Notes under the pieces: generated by a model
What the model saw: the letters and a program-made list of their open reading frames with translations, nothing else
Database searches by the model: none
Told to the model about the DNA's origin: nothing
Part shown: in pieces, positions 14,181-26,942 of the stretch
Position numbering within the stretch: the stretch's first letter is position 1
Layout: each line of letters opens with the position of its first letter
Made by a program: the position numbers and the translations under genes
Source: Macrostomum hystrix
Taxonomy: Eukaryota > Animalia > Platyhelminthes
Direction of reading: 5' to 3'
Length of the DNA stretch: 64,000 nt
Assembly (NCBI GenBank): GCA_950097015.1
Contig: CATNEN010000009.1
Span: forward strand, 1 to 64,000

Positions 14181-14258
14181 CACTCGATTACTCGATTAAA
14201 GGCAAAAATCTCAAGGTGACATCTCATGGGGACTCATCTCATCTCTCATCTCTCATCT

Positions 14259-14895
14259 CTTGGTCCCAGTGGGACCAAGGTGTAAAAGTTTGTACTATCA
14301 CACTGACATTGGCTTAGTACGTAGATTTAGTCTCAGCCCCGTCTCACCCTCAAATTATGTGTCAGTATCGGAAACTCATGCCTAAGGAAAAATCTCAGGG
14401 TGAGATCTCATAGTGGGACCAAGGTGTAAAAGTTTGTACCGTCACAATGACACATGCATAGTATGTAGAGTCAATCTCAGCCCAGTCTCACCCTCAAATT
14501 ATGTGTCAGTATCGGAAACTCATGCCTAAGGAAAAATCTCAGGGTGAGATCTCATAGTGGGACCAAGGTGTAAAAGTTTGTACCGTCACAATGACACATG
14601 CATAGTATGTAAAGTCAATCTCAGCCCAGTCTCACCCTCAAATTATGTGTCAGTATCGGAAACTCATGCCTAAGGAAAAATCTCAGGGTGAGATCTCATA
14701 GTGGGACCAAGGTGTAAAAGTTTGTACCGTCACAATGACACATGCATAGTATGTAAAGTCAATCTCAGCCCAGTCTCACCCTCAAATTATGTGTCAGTAT
14801 CGGAATCTAGTGCCTAAGGAAAAATCTCAGGGTGAGATCTCATGGTGGAACCTAGGTGAAAAATTTGTACTGTCACACTGACATTGGCATAGTAA
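14259..14895. repeat. 144-bp tandem repeat; resumes in degenerate form at 32359-32460 after the Gypsy A insertion
   Basis: Unit starts GTGGGACCAAGG at 14269, 14413, 14557 and 14701, and degenerately at 14845. The unit phase continues across the LTR element. Confidence 0.93.
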
Positions 14896-15110
14896 TGTGG
14901 TAGTGGCTGCTAGCTAGAGCTAGCGTTGTTGCACTTTTCCCGATAATATCCTTGTAATGTCTATGGTCTCTAATTCTCAACCTGCTATAGGTTCCTAAGC
15001 TTTCGTTCCCAGCCTCTCACTTATGTTATAATCTCTTTGCTTGAATAAACGCTATGCTGCGTACACAACGTTAACGCCAAAGCACCAACAGCTTCATCCA
15101 AACTACGACA
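14896..15110 (+). repeat. 5' LTR of Gypsy A
   Basis: TGTGGTAGTGG...CTACGACA; matches 32144-32358. Confidence 0.97.
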
Positions 15111-17131
15111 ATGGCGTCGCGGCTTGGCAATCTGGATCTTGCTGACACGACTCATGCACTCACCTGGATTAAGGCATTCAAAGCCTTGGCACGAACCAAG
15201 AAGTGGGAAGATGGAGGCGCAGATCGACAAATCACGGACAACTTTTTAGCGCTCTGTGGACTAGCAGCTCTCGAAAAAAGTACTCATCTTGTAGCACCAA
15301 AAGAAGTGGAAGCGCACACCTTTGCGGAGCTGGAGAATGCCATCACGAACTTTCTGCAACCCCAAAAGCACCTTATCGTTGCTGAGAGAACTAAATTCTT
15401 CACGCTACGTCAAGCTGCCGATGAGCCCATTACGGAGTTCCTTTCTCGCTTGAGGAAGGGGGCCACGCACTGCGAGTTCGATACTCTCAAAACCTGCAAA
15501 AGCCCAGAAGAGGAAATGGTACGTCTGATGCTCATCTCTGGCCTTCAGAACCCAGAAGATAAACGACGCGTTCTGGGAGCCATGCAAACGAAAGACTTGA
15601 TGATCACCGAAATCGTGGATATAATCAGGACTATCGAACAAGTGACGAAGTTCGTAGACAGCAGGGATTTTCGAAACGCTAACACAGAGCCTACCCAAGA
15701 AGCACACTCCATCAACTTCACAGGGAAGGGAGATCGGCAGCATCGAGGCGGTAACGTGACCATGTCCCATGAACGGCACGTAGGCGACTGCAAGTTTTGT
15801 GGCAGATCTCATCCAGCTGGCAAATGCCCGGCTTACGGCAAGACATGCAAAAAATGCAATAAGCGCAATCACTTTGGATCCGTGTGCCGCTCCAGTGGTG
15901 TCGAACATGTCAACCATGTGGACACGAAACTTGTAACCTCGGACTCCGACTCCTCTGATATACTCCATCTGACAGACGTCGATCTCATCCATGCTGTTTC
16001 AGTAACGACAGAAACTGTGCTGATCAACGGTGTCGCTATTCCGATGCAGATCGATACCGGAGCTTCAGTTTCAGTGCTTTCTAGCCACCTCTGGGAATCG
16101 CTGCAACGCCCAAATTGGACAAGTATCATCGGCGACTCGAAGCATATGACGGCCATATCCTGAAGACATTGGGAAAGCTGTCTACCACCGTCGAGATGCG
16201 CGGTCGAATGCATCCAGCTGAGTTGATGGTGGTTTCATCTTCAAAGACATTCGGCCTGCTAGGACGCGATCTTCTAGATGGCGACGCCGTATTCCACGCA
16301 GCCACCACTGCCACAGCTGCGCCTGCCAATGAGCCACTGCCGACCATCAAGGGCATCAAAGCGAGCATGGAACTGATTGAAGGTGCCAGGCCAAAGTTCT
16401 GCCGCGCTCGTCCTGTTCCACTTGCACTGGAGCCGCAAGTCAATGCCGAGCTAGAGAGACTGCAGCAGCTGGGCGTCATCGAGCCCATTGAGGGCCCGGT
16501 AAGCAACGCATCGCCTGTTGTCTGGGTTAAGAAAAAAGATGGCTCGCTGCGCATGTGTGCCGATTACAAAATGCACGTCAATGGGAAAATCAAGCCAGAG
16601 TCTTATCCAATTCCTTCGATTGAGCACCTATTCGCCAAGCTCAAAAACGCAAAAAAGTTTGCGAAGGTAGACTTGCGTTCTGCCTATTGGCAAATAGCTC
16701 TCGATGAGTCTGCGGAGGAACTATCCGTGATCAATACCTCACGCGGCCTCTACCGTGTCAAACGCCTACAAATGGGCATGAAAAATGCCTCCTTCATTTT
16801 CCAAAGGACCATGGAGAGTATTCTTTCTGACCTTAAAGGCATCCTTGTCTACCAAGATGATGTCCTAGTCTTTGCAGAGAATTCCGAAGCACTAGGTAAG
16901 CGGTTGAATGCGGTCAAAACCAGGCTCTCAGAAAAGAAAGTGACCATCAACGAAAGCAAATCTATTAATATGAGCGATGAAATTTCCTTTCTTGGATTCA
17001 AAATCTCCGCATCTGGAATTCAGCCTGACGACCGTCTAGTTGACAAGATCCGTCATATCGCCGCTCCCAGCTCCAAGAAGGAAGTTGAGCAGTTCCTTGG
17101 CCTAGTGAATTTTTTTGGCCGTCTGATACCT
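15111..17131 (+). pseudogene. Gypsy A gag-protease-RT (5' part of gag-pol)
   Basis: Cys/His knuckles CKFCGRSHPAGKC and CKKCNKRNHFGSVC, protease IDTGAS and RT YQDD. A 1-nt frameshift near 16110 interrupts the protease, and Gypsy B interrupts the ORF after ...FFGRLIP. Confidence 0.92.
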
Positions 17132-17380
17132 TGTAGCGTCTAAAACGAACTTTTATTTCAGACTTAGTTACGACTCTAACTTTCTTTTATTTCCATAGAC
17201 AACCCCACTTGTTCCACCAAGAATACTAGGATACTAGCCTTCCCTTTTTCCCATAGATTAACTGTACCAGCTCAATTAAATAAAGCCGACCACAGGGGCC
17301 AAGGCTCCCCTTCTTAACCCTGCTAAGAGAAATACAAGTTCACCGCCTTAGCTTAATTTGTTTTGGCTAAGAGCCACAAG

Positions 17381-17395
17381 TGGTAGCAGAGCGTG
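17381..17395 (+). promoter_or_regulatory. Primer-binding site of Gypsy B, probably initiator tRNA-Met
   Basis: TGGTAGCAGAGCGTG lies 2 nt after the 5' LTR. TGGTAGCAGAG is complementary to the 3' end of metazoan tRNAiMet. Confidence 0.75.
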
Positions 17396-19479
17396 ACGAT
17401 GCCTAGTAGCAAGCGCAACAAACACCAGACCGGACCTGAATCCACACCAGCTGCAGGAAGACACAGAAATGCAATGGATTCACTCGAAGCAGCAGTACTA
17501 GTACCAGCGCCTGCGCCCGCGCCCGTGCCCGCGCCCGCACCTGCAGCTACTCAGAATCAGGAAATAATTCGCAGCATAGTACGACCTCCGATGTTTTACC
17601 GGAAGCATCCGGAAACTTAGTTCCGACAGCTGGAATCCCAGTTCGTCCTATCTGGCATCACCAACTCTACGACCAAATACCACTATGCTCTTTCGGCCCT
17701 TCCCGAAGAAGTGGCTTGTGATATCACGGGCACTACGAATTACGAAGAGTTGAAATCCGCGGTCACAAGTTGACCAAATTGCCAGGAAATTAACAAAATT
17801 GTAAGTTATTACGATGTAATTATCAAACTTATAATATATTAAGGTCTTATAAAAATTGTAATTTATTAGCCTTGCAATTAATTATAATTCCTTTAATTTT
17901 GCGAAGATTAAATTTTGGTTGTAAGTTTGTCTATTACCATTTTCTTATTTATTCTTATTTTCTGAATGATTTACGAGATTATGGATTATATAAACTCGGT
18001 AATGTTATGAGTAAGATTTTTAGTGACAAGAAACGTTTGTCATCTTTGTTAACATTTGTCAGAGAATCCAGTACTGATCAAACTTTCGAAATTTATTTAG
18101 AAAAGAGTGTCGTTCAAGGAAAGAATCATTTCACTATTAAACTAGCTAGCTACCTTACTGACCTCCCGACAAACTGTAGTTTATTCACGCCCATCAAATT
18201 GTTGTAATGCATACTGCATACTAGCAAATCTTTGACCTATCTTCTTTTTGGAGCAAAATAACGTGGTCCTTTTTCTATTCATAGAACAATGTTCATTGTT
18301 CTATTTGGGGCATCAGGATACAAAGGTGTTGTGCAAGCTAAATTAATTTTCTTAAAGTATCCTGATGTATATCTGTTATCTTCTATCTGTATTATGTACT
18401 TTTGTGTCTTCTGAACAAGACAATGTCAACAGCTATTAGCAAATTTAGGAATATTGATATAATTTTTTATTAGCTTGCCTAAGTAATTATAGGCCTACCT
18501 TATTAGAGTTTCTGCATTTTACACATTTAGACTTAAGATTTATAAGTTTTCTAAAATCAATTTAATTTGGGGCCTATTTATTAAAAATTATTGATATGCT
18601 TATCTAATGTTGAAATATAATAGATTAGGGCCTATTATAATATTATATCGTAATAATAAATTATATTATTGGGCCCATTTAAAATACTCTAAGGGACCTT
18701 TTAGCTTTAGGTTAGTGGCACATCCAAAATCTATTTTCCAGGGGGGCACAGCACATAATATTCTAAAATTTTGCTTCTAGCTATTAGAAAATTGTATAAG
18801 GCCTATCTAAATTTTTATTCACAAGTAGATAGATATCTATATATATAAAAGTGAAAACTCTGTCTGTCTGTGTGTGTGTGTGTGTGTGCAACCTTTTGTC
18901 TTTATAGACGCCGAAACCGCTCAACCAAATCGCACCAAACTTTGCACATACCTAAAACCACCTACGCTGAGTGCAATAGGCTACTCAAATTCCCGAAAAA
19001 TCATTTCCTTCCTGCTCAAAAGTGCAAAAAACTGCTCAAAAATCGTCAAAAAATCACTCAATTCGACATATCGTCGCCCCACTTTGTCAGATTTTCTCCA
19101 AATTTGATCCACTTACACTTTACATGTTTTCCAACAATGCTGTCAATTTTGAACATCTCTACTCAATCCAGAGCAAAGCTGCATCATCTCAAAGTGAGTC
19201 ACTTTTTGTTTTCCGAGGACAGCCACCCCAACTCCCCTCCGCCACTCTGCGGGCCAAATTTTATTACAGCCACCCCCTCCCTTCCCCGGGCGCCGAAGCC
19301 CCAGACTGTACATTGTATTTCAAGCCGTGAATGTACACAGCCCAAACCCCTAGACTGTCTACTGGCCCCCAAGCAGCACTGAGACTGAGTGCGGTGAGTG
19401 CGGTGGCGTCCCAGTGCGCAGGGCTCTCCGGTCGATATTTCTCTCCAGCCAGCCTGGGATAGAAGAAAGAGAGAGGCTG

Positions 19480-20447
19480 GCGATCAACTGATGGGTGGTG
19501 TCACTCTGCTGCTGTCTGGAGACTTTAGACAGACGCTGCCTGTGATTCCGCGTGGCACTCCTGCTGATGAGATTAATTCTTGCCTAAAATCATCTCACCT
19601 GTGGCCATCGGTTGTGAAGTTGCACCTACGAACAAACATGAGAGCTACAATTCAAGGAGACGAAACAGCTCATGAGTTCTCTGCCAATCTATTGCGAATC
19701 GGCAATGGTCTGCTGGAGATTAGCACCGAGGATGGGCAGTCATCGATCGCTACAATCGGAACCATTGTGCAGTCAGTGCAGGAGCTCAAGGCAAAAGTTT
19801 ACCCGAACCTGATGGTTCGATATGCTGACGTTGACTGGCTGTCAGAGAGGGCAATTCTGTGTCCTAGAAATGATGCCGCCAACGAAATTAACTACCAACT
19901 GCTTCAGGAGTTGCCAGGTGCAGTTTTCACCTACAAGTCAATTGATACAACGTTGACTGATGACACCGCTGTGGAGTATCCTGTTGAGTTTCTGAACTCT
20001 CTAGATCCTCCTGGAACTCCATCGCACAACTTGCAGCTGAAAGTTGGGGCACCAATTATGCTCCTCCACAACCTGAATGCGCCAAGGCTGTGTAACGGCA
20101 CCAGACTGATAGTCAGGCGGCTCTTCCCACACGTGATTGAGGCCACGATAATGACTGGATCTGGCAGAGGAGAGTCTGTGTTCGTTCCCCGGATTCCAAT
20201 TATCCCCACGGACCTGCCATTTCAGTTCAAGCGACTGCAGTTCCCTGTGAGAGTGTGCTTTGCAATGACTATTAACAAGGCTCAGGGACAGTCGCTGAAG
20301 GTGGCTGGCATCAACCTGGAGACTCCTTGCTTCTCGCATGGGCAGCTTTATGTCGCCTGCTCCCGTGTTGGAACTCCAGCTGGCCTATTCATTTTCGCAC
20401 CAAGGGGAAGAACGAAGAATGTGGTGTATCCCCAGGCCTTGAGGTGA
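19480..20447 (+). pseudogene. PIF1-family helicase C-terminal half (Helitron RepHel)
   Basis: Motifs LLSGDFRQTLPVIPRG, RLCNGTRL, RLQFPVRVCFAMTINKAQGQSL and HGQLYVACSRV. The N-terminal half is deleted. Confidence 0.92.
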
Positions 20448-20599
20448 CTCGCAAGCAATTAATAGAAAAGTAGTCACGAATTGACCTTGACCTGTCTAAC
20501 TCTGAACTCTGAAACAGTTTAATTTTGTTTCTTTGACATTGTTATTGTTATGCCATGGCTATTTTCCTTATGTATACGCATGTACATGCATACTGTATA

Positions 20600-20873
20600 C
20601 AGAGGCAGATTTAGGGGGGGGGCGGAGGGGCAGTCGCCCCCCTAAATTTTAATCATGGGAATAAGATGCCCCCACCAGGGGCGCCAGTCGCAGCACTGGC
20701 GCCCCTTTTCGGCCGCTGGCGCCCCTTTTTCAGCCACTGGCTCCCGTTTTTCAGCCGCTGGCGCCCTTTCTTGGCTCCTGGCGCCCTTTTTCGGCCGCTG
20801 GCACCCCCTCTGTGATTCTCATGGCGCTCCCCTGACAGACCGCCCCAAAACAAAATTCCTGGATCTGCCACTG
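20600..20873. mobile_element. hAT-type MITE inside Helitron copy 1
   Basis: Imperfect TIRs CAGAGGCAGATTTAGG and CCTGGATCTGCCACTG with an 8-bp TSD ACTGTATA (20592-20599, 20874-20881). Confidence 0.9.
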
Positions 20874-21739
20874 ACTGTATAGAGGAGTGGCTAAGAGACA
20901 TGTTTCTAAAGAAGTAATCAAGAGGGGGTTGTTTGGACAAACTTTTCACTTATTTTTTACTTAAAACGCCCTTAAACAAACTCTTCACTTTTCATTAATG
21001 CAGTAAATAAATAAATGGTGACCTTCACTATAAAGTTAATACAGAGACGTGAATTGCTTACTGCTTTGCTTTAAATTTCTGCCCCAAAAACAATGGGCAA
21101 AAAAAGCTAGTACAATATTAACTTTCAAAGTGAAATTTGAGATTTTGTAGAAGAGGATTAGCAAATGCACTAGTAAATATTTTAGAATTATTTTATCATT
21201 TAATTATCAAAACAGGACTCAATTTGAAAAGTTGTCATGATCATACATGCACAACCTCCCAAATCTTAGCTGGCCATGCAACTTAGTTTTTGCTCTATTT
21301 ACGACTTAGTTTGCTCTCATTTGCTCTCTTTTTCTCTCCCTTTTTTCCTCCTCTTCACGCCTTCCTTTTTTGTCCCTTGGTCCCCCTTTGATTTTTTTGC
21401 GCTTGGTTGATTGGTTTTTGCAACTTACTTTGCTTGGCCCTCGTTTCACTTGGCTAGTTGGGCTAGGTTGGCTGGGTGTTGCACATGTATGGTCATGATA
21501 AAATTAAATGGCTACAATTAAATGGATACAATACATTTATTTAGCTAATTATTAAAACAATTATTAGTATTAAACTATTGCTTTTTTACCTAGAAATACA
21601 GAATATAATTCTGGTTCTATAATTTGTATATGAATTTAGTCTCTAAAGTTTTGGTCTATCTATAAATTTGTAGTCTTTATTACTTGAAGTTCATATTACT
21701 ATGGTTTATAGACTTATATTAGATATATTTATATTTCAG

Positions 21740-22990
21740 ATGTCTTCTCGTAAAAAACAAAAAATTTCCCGCTTTGGAATGGGACCTAGTACTGTAGCTG
21801 GTGAGTGGCTAGTACTCTGGTATAGAAGCAACAACTCCTACTCGCAGCCTCTTTACATTGGATCCTCTGTCTTTAAGCATCTTGATGATCAAGAAAAATC
21901 TTTACTTCGAAAAGGCAGCTCACTTCAAGTTAGAGAAGGAAAAAATCCAGTAGAATGTATAGTCATGCACCGTGGCTCAATTGACTCATGTGGGCAGGCC
22001 AGTATTCTGATTGATGACCTTGTTGAACATGGTAATAACACAGATGCCATACTAAGCAAGCTTGATAAACAGGAGAGTGGTGCACAACTGTCAGATCCAC
22101 TTGAATTGAATCCTGATATTGATGCTGAAGATACAGAAGAATGTGAGGAAGAAGGTGATGTAGTTGATGGATCCAGCTCTAGTGAGGAGGCTGAGGTTGC
22201 TCAAGAGAATTCTGGATTTGGACTACCATTTCGATCATCATCTTCGTCTGCTGCTTTTCAAAAAGAAATGCAAAAGTTTCGGTCATGCAGGAGGGCATTT
22301 GGATCTTCATCTTCACAACCAGCAAAAAAGAAGCTAAGAATGGACCATTTAACTAGTGCTGGCGCTTCTTCTATGCAGTATGTTAATCACACTGGCAGCA
22401 ACAGACCATCTTCTGCTTTAAGCCAGCATGTTGGTCAAAGCAGTCTAGTTATCCAGTCGTCTCCATCAGCACAGGGCAGTAGACTTTCTCCTTCTGTTGG
22501 CAGGCATGTGCGTGCTGGTCAGGAAGGCCTGCCAAATGTAGCATCACCATCAATGCTGAGCAAGTCTGACCAAGCAACTCTCCATATGCTGCTCGAGTCT
22601 AGGCTGCACACTTCTCTTCTCAAGAAGTTAGTCAAGTTGATTGAGGAGACGAATCAATTGCTTCGAAATCTGGGCGCTTCACGTTCTGAAGGTTTAAACC
22701 CAGATCGAATCGATTCTTTTATTTGCACGTTCGATGGAAAGCAGTGTAGCCTTTCCAGTCTGAATCTATCAAGCCCAAATTCTTTCGCTCGCGACTTCAT
22801 GCGGCGGCGATTTGGTACGGAGTATCTAAAGGACAAGATAATCGATCCCGATAAGACATCGAAGCGAGTAAAACTGCCTGATGCTGCACGAGAGGAAGTC
22901 ATCGCCGCTCTTGACAATTTCTGGGCCACAAATTACAGCTGGCGCTTGGTGAAGAGCTCATTGAATCAAATGTTTCGCGATCTGAAATAG
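21740..22990 (+). CDS. EnSpm accessory ORF with a probable C-terminal BEN domain
   Basis: Open ~416-aa frame inside the TIRs. The C-terminus SPNSFARDFMRRRFGTEYL...VKLPD...VKSSLNQMFRD fits the BEN pattern by eye. Confidence 0.65.
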   Translation: MSSRKKQKISRFGMGPSTVAGEWLVLWYRSNNSYSQPLYIGSSVFKHLDDQEKSLLRKGSSLQVREGKNPVECIVMHRGSIDSCGQASILIDDLVEHGNNTDAILSKLDKQESGAQLSDPLELNPDIDAEDTEECEEEGDVVDGSSSSEEAEVAQENSGFGLPFRSSSSSAAFQKEMQKFRSCRRAFGSSSSQPAKKKLRMDHLTSAGASSMQYVNHTGSNRPSSALSQHVGQSSLVIQSSPSAQGSRLSPSVGRHVRAGQEGLPNVASPSMLSKSDQATLHMLLESRLHTSLLKKLVKLIEETNQLLRNLGASRSEGLNPDRIDSFICTFDGKQCSLSSLNLSSPNSFARDFMRRRFGTEYLKDKIIDPDKTSKRVKLPDAAREEVIAALDNFWATNYSWRLVKSSLNQMFRDLK

Positions 22991-23360
22991 ATGTTACTGA
23001 GTCACAGACTGTATGATCATGGACTTTTAAGGCAATATTTTCGGGTTCATCGCAGTGTTCTCAAGTATAAAGGAGAAAACCACTCCGGTTTTCACTTGCT
23101 CATCTTTAGTAATCCTACAGTAGCTACAGAAAATGGTCAAGGTTTCTCTAAAAAACTATCAATTAAATTTAATAATTTTTTTGCTTTACTAAAAATATTT
23201 TTTGCCTTTGTTTTATTGTGACTGATGTTTGCGCTTGTTTCTTGCTTGTAAGTTGCACTAAAATGAAAATTCACAATTGGTATTTTATCTTTTGTATCTT
23301 GTAATTTTAATGTTTTCAAAATTAATAACAATATTGTAATGGTTACCCGAAAAGAAATAT

Positions 23361-25679
23361 GTGAAGATTCAATATTTCAGTTCGCAGTGCGTCATGTCTG
23401 AGGATGAGATTTTTTATTTGAACTCGGTGCTTGAGTCGATAGCCAACGATTTGTTTGATGATGAAACTATTTCTGAGGCTTCAACTCACAGTGCACCCGT
23501 CAATGGTGAGTCAATGTCTTCTAGAATGGACGACAGTGTGAAAGACGAGCAGGATCTGCCTGAACTAGCCATGGACTCAACTATCCTTGAGCTGCAAATC
23601 TCTAGCAGTTTCGAATCTCACTATGATAGAAATATTATCTATGCTGCCGCCGTTGTTCTAGTTATCGTTTCCTCTGGTCTTCCAGAGTCTCCAACATCTA
23701 CGGTGCTCAAAGTTCTTTGTGCTTTAAACATGGTGAACAGTGCTTTGTCCCTCAAACGTCTGAAATCAACCATCCGTCGCTCGATAGGTAACTTTAAAGC
23801 TATGTTTTCGCTTCGTTACTTTTGTTCGAATTCTGATTGTAACGCGATCTACACTTCTCTTAAGACCAAGTGTTGCCGTAGAAAGACAAACCATGTAGCC
23901 TACTTTTCTCTTCTTGAACAAATGAAACTAATTCTGCAAGCGCACCTGCCCACTATTCTCCTTTATCATACATTCTTGTCTTCTAATGACAATGGAGATA
24001 TTCTTTGTGGACGGTCCTTTTCTAGTGAGTATCTGGAATTGCATTTGTTATTTTCCAGTGACGGTGGTAACTTTTATTCAAACCAAAATTTTTCGTTTTG
24101 GCCATTCCAAGCTGTTCTTCTGGACCTACCTTTCCATATTCGCTGTAGGCTGGAGAATACACTAGTTTTAGCTATTTGGGCTGGTAGAAAGAAGCCAGAT
24201 TGGCAAATTTTCTTGGCCGACTTTTTGCGTACAATTAACTTCGATGAGCCTATTGTACTTAATGTAAAGGGAGCTGAAATATCAATTGTTCTTAGACTTT
24301 TCGCATGTGTATTTGACCTACCGGCCCAATGTAGTATTCTAAATGTCAAACAATTTAATGGTGAATATGGCTGTCTTTATTGTCGTGAACCTGGAATCCG
24401 GCATGGCAGATCTAATGTGTATCCCCACACATCTCCTCGCATATCTGATGCTGAATTTCGTGAATATGCTTATCTAGCTGAAAGTGCGAAGACAACACTG
24501 TTCGGTGTGAAAGGAATTTCAGTTCTTCAGGGCTATGTTTCAATCCCCAGTCATGTTTTACTGGATTCCTTGCATCTTCTTTACGAAAATTCATTTCATG
24601 TTTTGTTGTCAGCCTTGTTTGATACGCAGCATTGGAGAAAGCGTTACTATTTAGGAAGTGTGCGTCAGCTTGATTTAATTGATACAAACCTAGCATCAAT
24701 AAAACTTCCTTATCTATTTCCTTCATTGCGTCCCATTGCTGATCGAAAATTTTGGACTGGTTCCGATTCGAAAAATATTTTACTATACGCCATTTTTCCA
24801 TTGATAGTTCCTACACTTATACAGCGAAGTGAGTTCCGAGTAGCCTTTTTAATATCATCTTTTGTGGCTGCCGTTCGCTTGTTAAATCAAAGCTCTGCCC
24901 GTTCTAAGGCCCGTGAAATTGGCGAGATTTTAAATTATTTTGTTGACAATCTGGCTGTCTTTGACAACCCGAAAAATTACACTATTAATGTGCATTTATT
25001 AACTCATTTAGAGCAACAAGTAGCCCGCTATGGTGCGTTGCCTTATTGCTCCATGTTTTGCTTTGAAAATAGATTTTCTAATTTCAAGCGTTTTATTCAA
25101 GGTACGCGAGGTCATCTTTCTCAAATCGCACACAAAGTTTTGCTTAATAAGTTATGTAGGTCATTTTTAACATGTGCTGAATATCCAGAAAAGGACGTAA
25201 TCTGCGAGCTGCTAAATCTGAATTTAGATAGGAGTGTGGAAGAAAAGTGTTTCAAATTTTTATCACCGGGTCACGTCATTTTTAGTCGCAAAATTTATCA
25301 CAGCAATTGTTATACACGATTAGGGTCGCAAGAAAGCTGCATCTATTGCTTTTACCACCATGGTTTGCGTGCATTTGGAATCGCATTATCTTTTTTCCAA
25401 CAAGATGCTGATGTTTGTGCTAGGATGCAACTTTTCAAGACTAGGACCATCTCACTTACCAGTATGCTGTTTGCTAACTACCCTGCTGTTGTTACTGACC
25501 TGGAAAAGTCTATTTTTAGTCATTTAAATGATGCCTTTGTCTCTGTAAAGCTAACTGATAACATTATTCCAATTAATGTTAGTAAATTTATTTGCCCGTG
25601 TGTGACATTTTCCATACAATTTATGAACAAAAGCTATACAGTTGCCTCACCTCTGGACATCGTTGCCGAATATCATTAG
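23361..25679 (+). CDS. EnSpm/CACTA-type DDE transposase
   Basis: 772-aa ORF with FSSDGG...SFWP, VFDLPAQ...KQFNGEYGCLYC, DSLHLLYE and HLLTHLEQQVARYG...MFCFENR. Confidence 0.9.
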   Translation: MKIQYFSSQCVMSEDEIFYLNSVLESIANDLFDDETISEASTHSAPVNGESMSSRMDDSVKDEQDLPELAMDSTILELQISSSFESHYDRNIIYAAAVVLVIVSSGLPESPTSTVLKVLCALNMVNSALSLKRLKSTIRRSIGNFKAMFSLRYFCSNSDCNAIYTSLKTKCCRRKTNHVAYFSLLEQMKLILQAHLPTILLYHTFLSSNDNGDILCGRSFSSEYLELHLLFSSDGGNFYSNQNFSFWPFQAVLLDLPFHIRCRLENTLVLAIWAGRKKPDWQIFLADFLRTINFDEPIVLNVKGAEISIVLRLFACVFDLPAQCSILNVKQFNGEYGCLYCREPGIRHGRSNVYPHTSPRISDAEFREYAYLAESAKTTLFGVKGISVLQGYVSIPSHVLLDSLHLLYENSFHVLLSALFDTQHWRKRYYLGSVRQLDLIDTNLASIKLPYLFPSLRPIADRKFWTGSDSKNILLYAIFPLIVPTLIQRSEFRVAFLISSFVAAVRLLNQSSARSKAREIGEILNYFVDNLAVFDNPKNYTINVHLLTHLEQQVARYGALPYCSMFCFENRFSNFKRFIQGTRGHLSQIAHKVLLNKLCRSFLTCAEYPEKDVICELLNLNLDRSVEEKCFKFLSPGHVIFSRKIYHSNCYTRLGSQESCIYCFYHHGLRAFGIALSFFQQDADVCARMQLFKTRTISLTSMLFANYPAVVTDLEKSIFSHLNDAFVSVKLTDNIIPINVSKFICPCVTFSIQFMNKSYTVASPLDIVAEYH

Positions 25680-26942
25680 GTGATATTGAATAGTGAGCCC
25701 GGATAATGTATTTTTCAATCGCATTTATTCAAGTGATCCTGAAATTTTTGCCTTGGTAACATTATTTAAGACGTTTCATGGTTTCAAATTATCCCCAGTT
25801 ATTGTTCGTCCCCAGTCAGCAATTATAACAGTAGAGTTGTAAACTTTGTTTTTAATTTTTATGCGTGTGCGATTTTTCACATAAAGATACTTTTATAATA
25901 TAAACTACATCTAGTGGCTACATCTACATCTTATTTGCTTTTGGCCATGATTTGGATAAAAAAATACACACTTGTATTGTACTGGCTAATATCTTCTGTA
26001 TTTGCTTCTTGTTTTAACAAATTTATAGATTTAATAGATAAAAGCTCGTTCGTCTTCCATCATTTCCAAGCGATTTTCAGGTAACCTATGCGTCAATGGA
26101 ACTATAAAATGTCATCATTAGAACTATATTAATTAAGACGACTTGCTCACCATTGATGTCCTGCCACGAAGACTGTATATTATGATGTAATGGTTATTAG
26201 GCGTGGCAAAAAGTCTATTGCAATAAATTACATTAATGTATCAAAATTATAATTTCCTACTGGTGTCAATTACAAAAATTATAATAAAATTGTAAAAAAT
26301 TGCAAAAATTACAAGTTATTAAGGGGGTAATTAATTGTAAGAATTGCATAATAATTGCACAATTTGAAATCCAATTTTTCGCAATTTTTGCAATTTCGGT
26401 CAACTAGTGGTATTGAACAACCTCCGCGCGGATCGACACCTCCTCATTGAAGAGGCGTTGGCGGCTGTTGAACTCGGTCAGCGACGACCCACTCAGTTGG
26501 TCAACGACATTCAACGCCGTTTTGCAGATGTTGGGCTACAGGTGGACGACGCCATTGTTAAGGCACGTTTGATCGCCGCGCTTCCAACCAACATCAGGTG
26601 TGCTTTGGTCGCCCACGAGAGCAGCCCGTTAGATGTATTTGCCAAGATCGCCGATGGCATGGTCGCCGTAACCGGACGTCCTTCCCCTTTCGTGGATATT
26701 CAAAGCCTCTCATATGCGGACAACAACCGGAACAGCAGAGAGACTACCTCAGAAGAGCGATACAAGCGACAGCAGCAGCGTCCACTGATTTGTAATGCGC
26801 ATATTTTCTATGCCAGCAAGGCCCGCACATGCCGCCCATGGTGTCAGTGGCCAGGCAACAAACCAAAAACTGTATTGCGTCCTAGCCAATCGACCCCGGC
26901 TCACTCGCGTTCTGCTTCACCTCTCCCAAAAGCGTAAGTCAT

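Larger units (their letters stand above)
18836..21110 (+). mobile_element. Helitron copy 1 (internally deleted, non-autonomous)
   Basis: Starts TCTATATATATAAAAG, ends with a GCCC...GGGC hairpin then CTAG, and sits between A and T. Carries the C-terminal PIF1 helicase. Confidence 0.92.
17764..26409 (+). mobile_element. EnSpm/CACTA (CMC) DNA transposon, 8.6 kb
   Basis: TIRs CACAAGTTGACCAAATTGC and GCAATTTCGGTCAACTAGTG, a 2-bp TSD GT and AATTG-rich subterminal repeats. Carries two co-oriented ORFs. Confidence 0.93.
17393..26937 (+). pseudogene. Gypsy B gag, split by the EnSpm insertion (17393-17763 joined to 26412-26937)
   Basis: PPMFYRKHPET*FRQLESQF is a Gypsy Gag N-terminal motif with a premature TAG at 17618-17620. 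The rejoined frame reads EELKSAV-LNNLRADRHL and ends with ICNAHIFYASKARTCRPWC. Confidence 0.9.

Noticed and set aside
14259-14895. CRISPR-like array (also considered for 55431-56861)
   Set aside because: Head-to-tail tandem units with no unique spacers, no cas genes and a eukaryotic context.
16100-16163. Programmed gag-pol frameshift in Gypsy A
   Set aside because: The shift falls inside the protease domain and is fixed by restoring one A, so it is a mutation or sequencing error.
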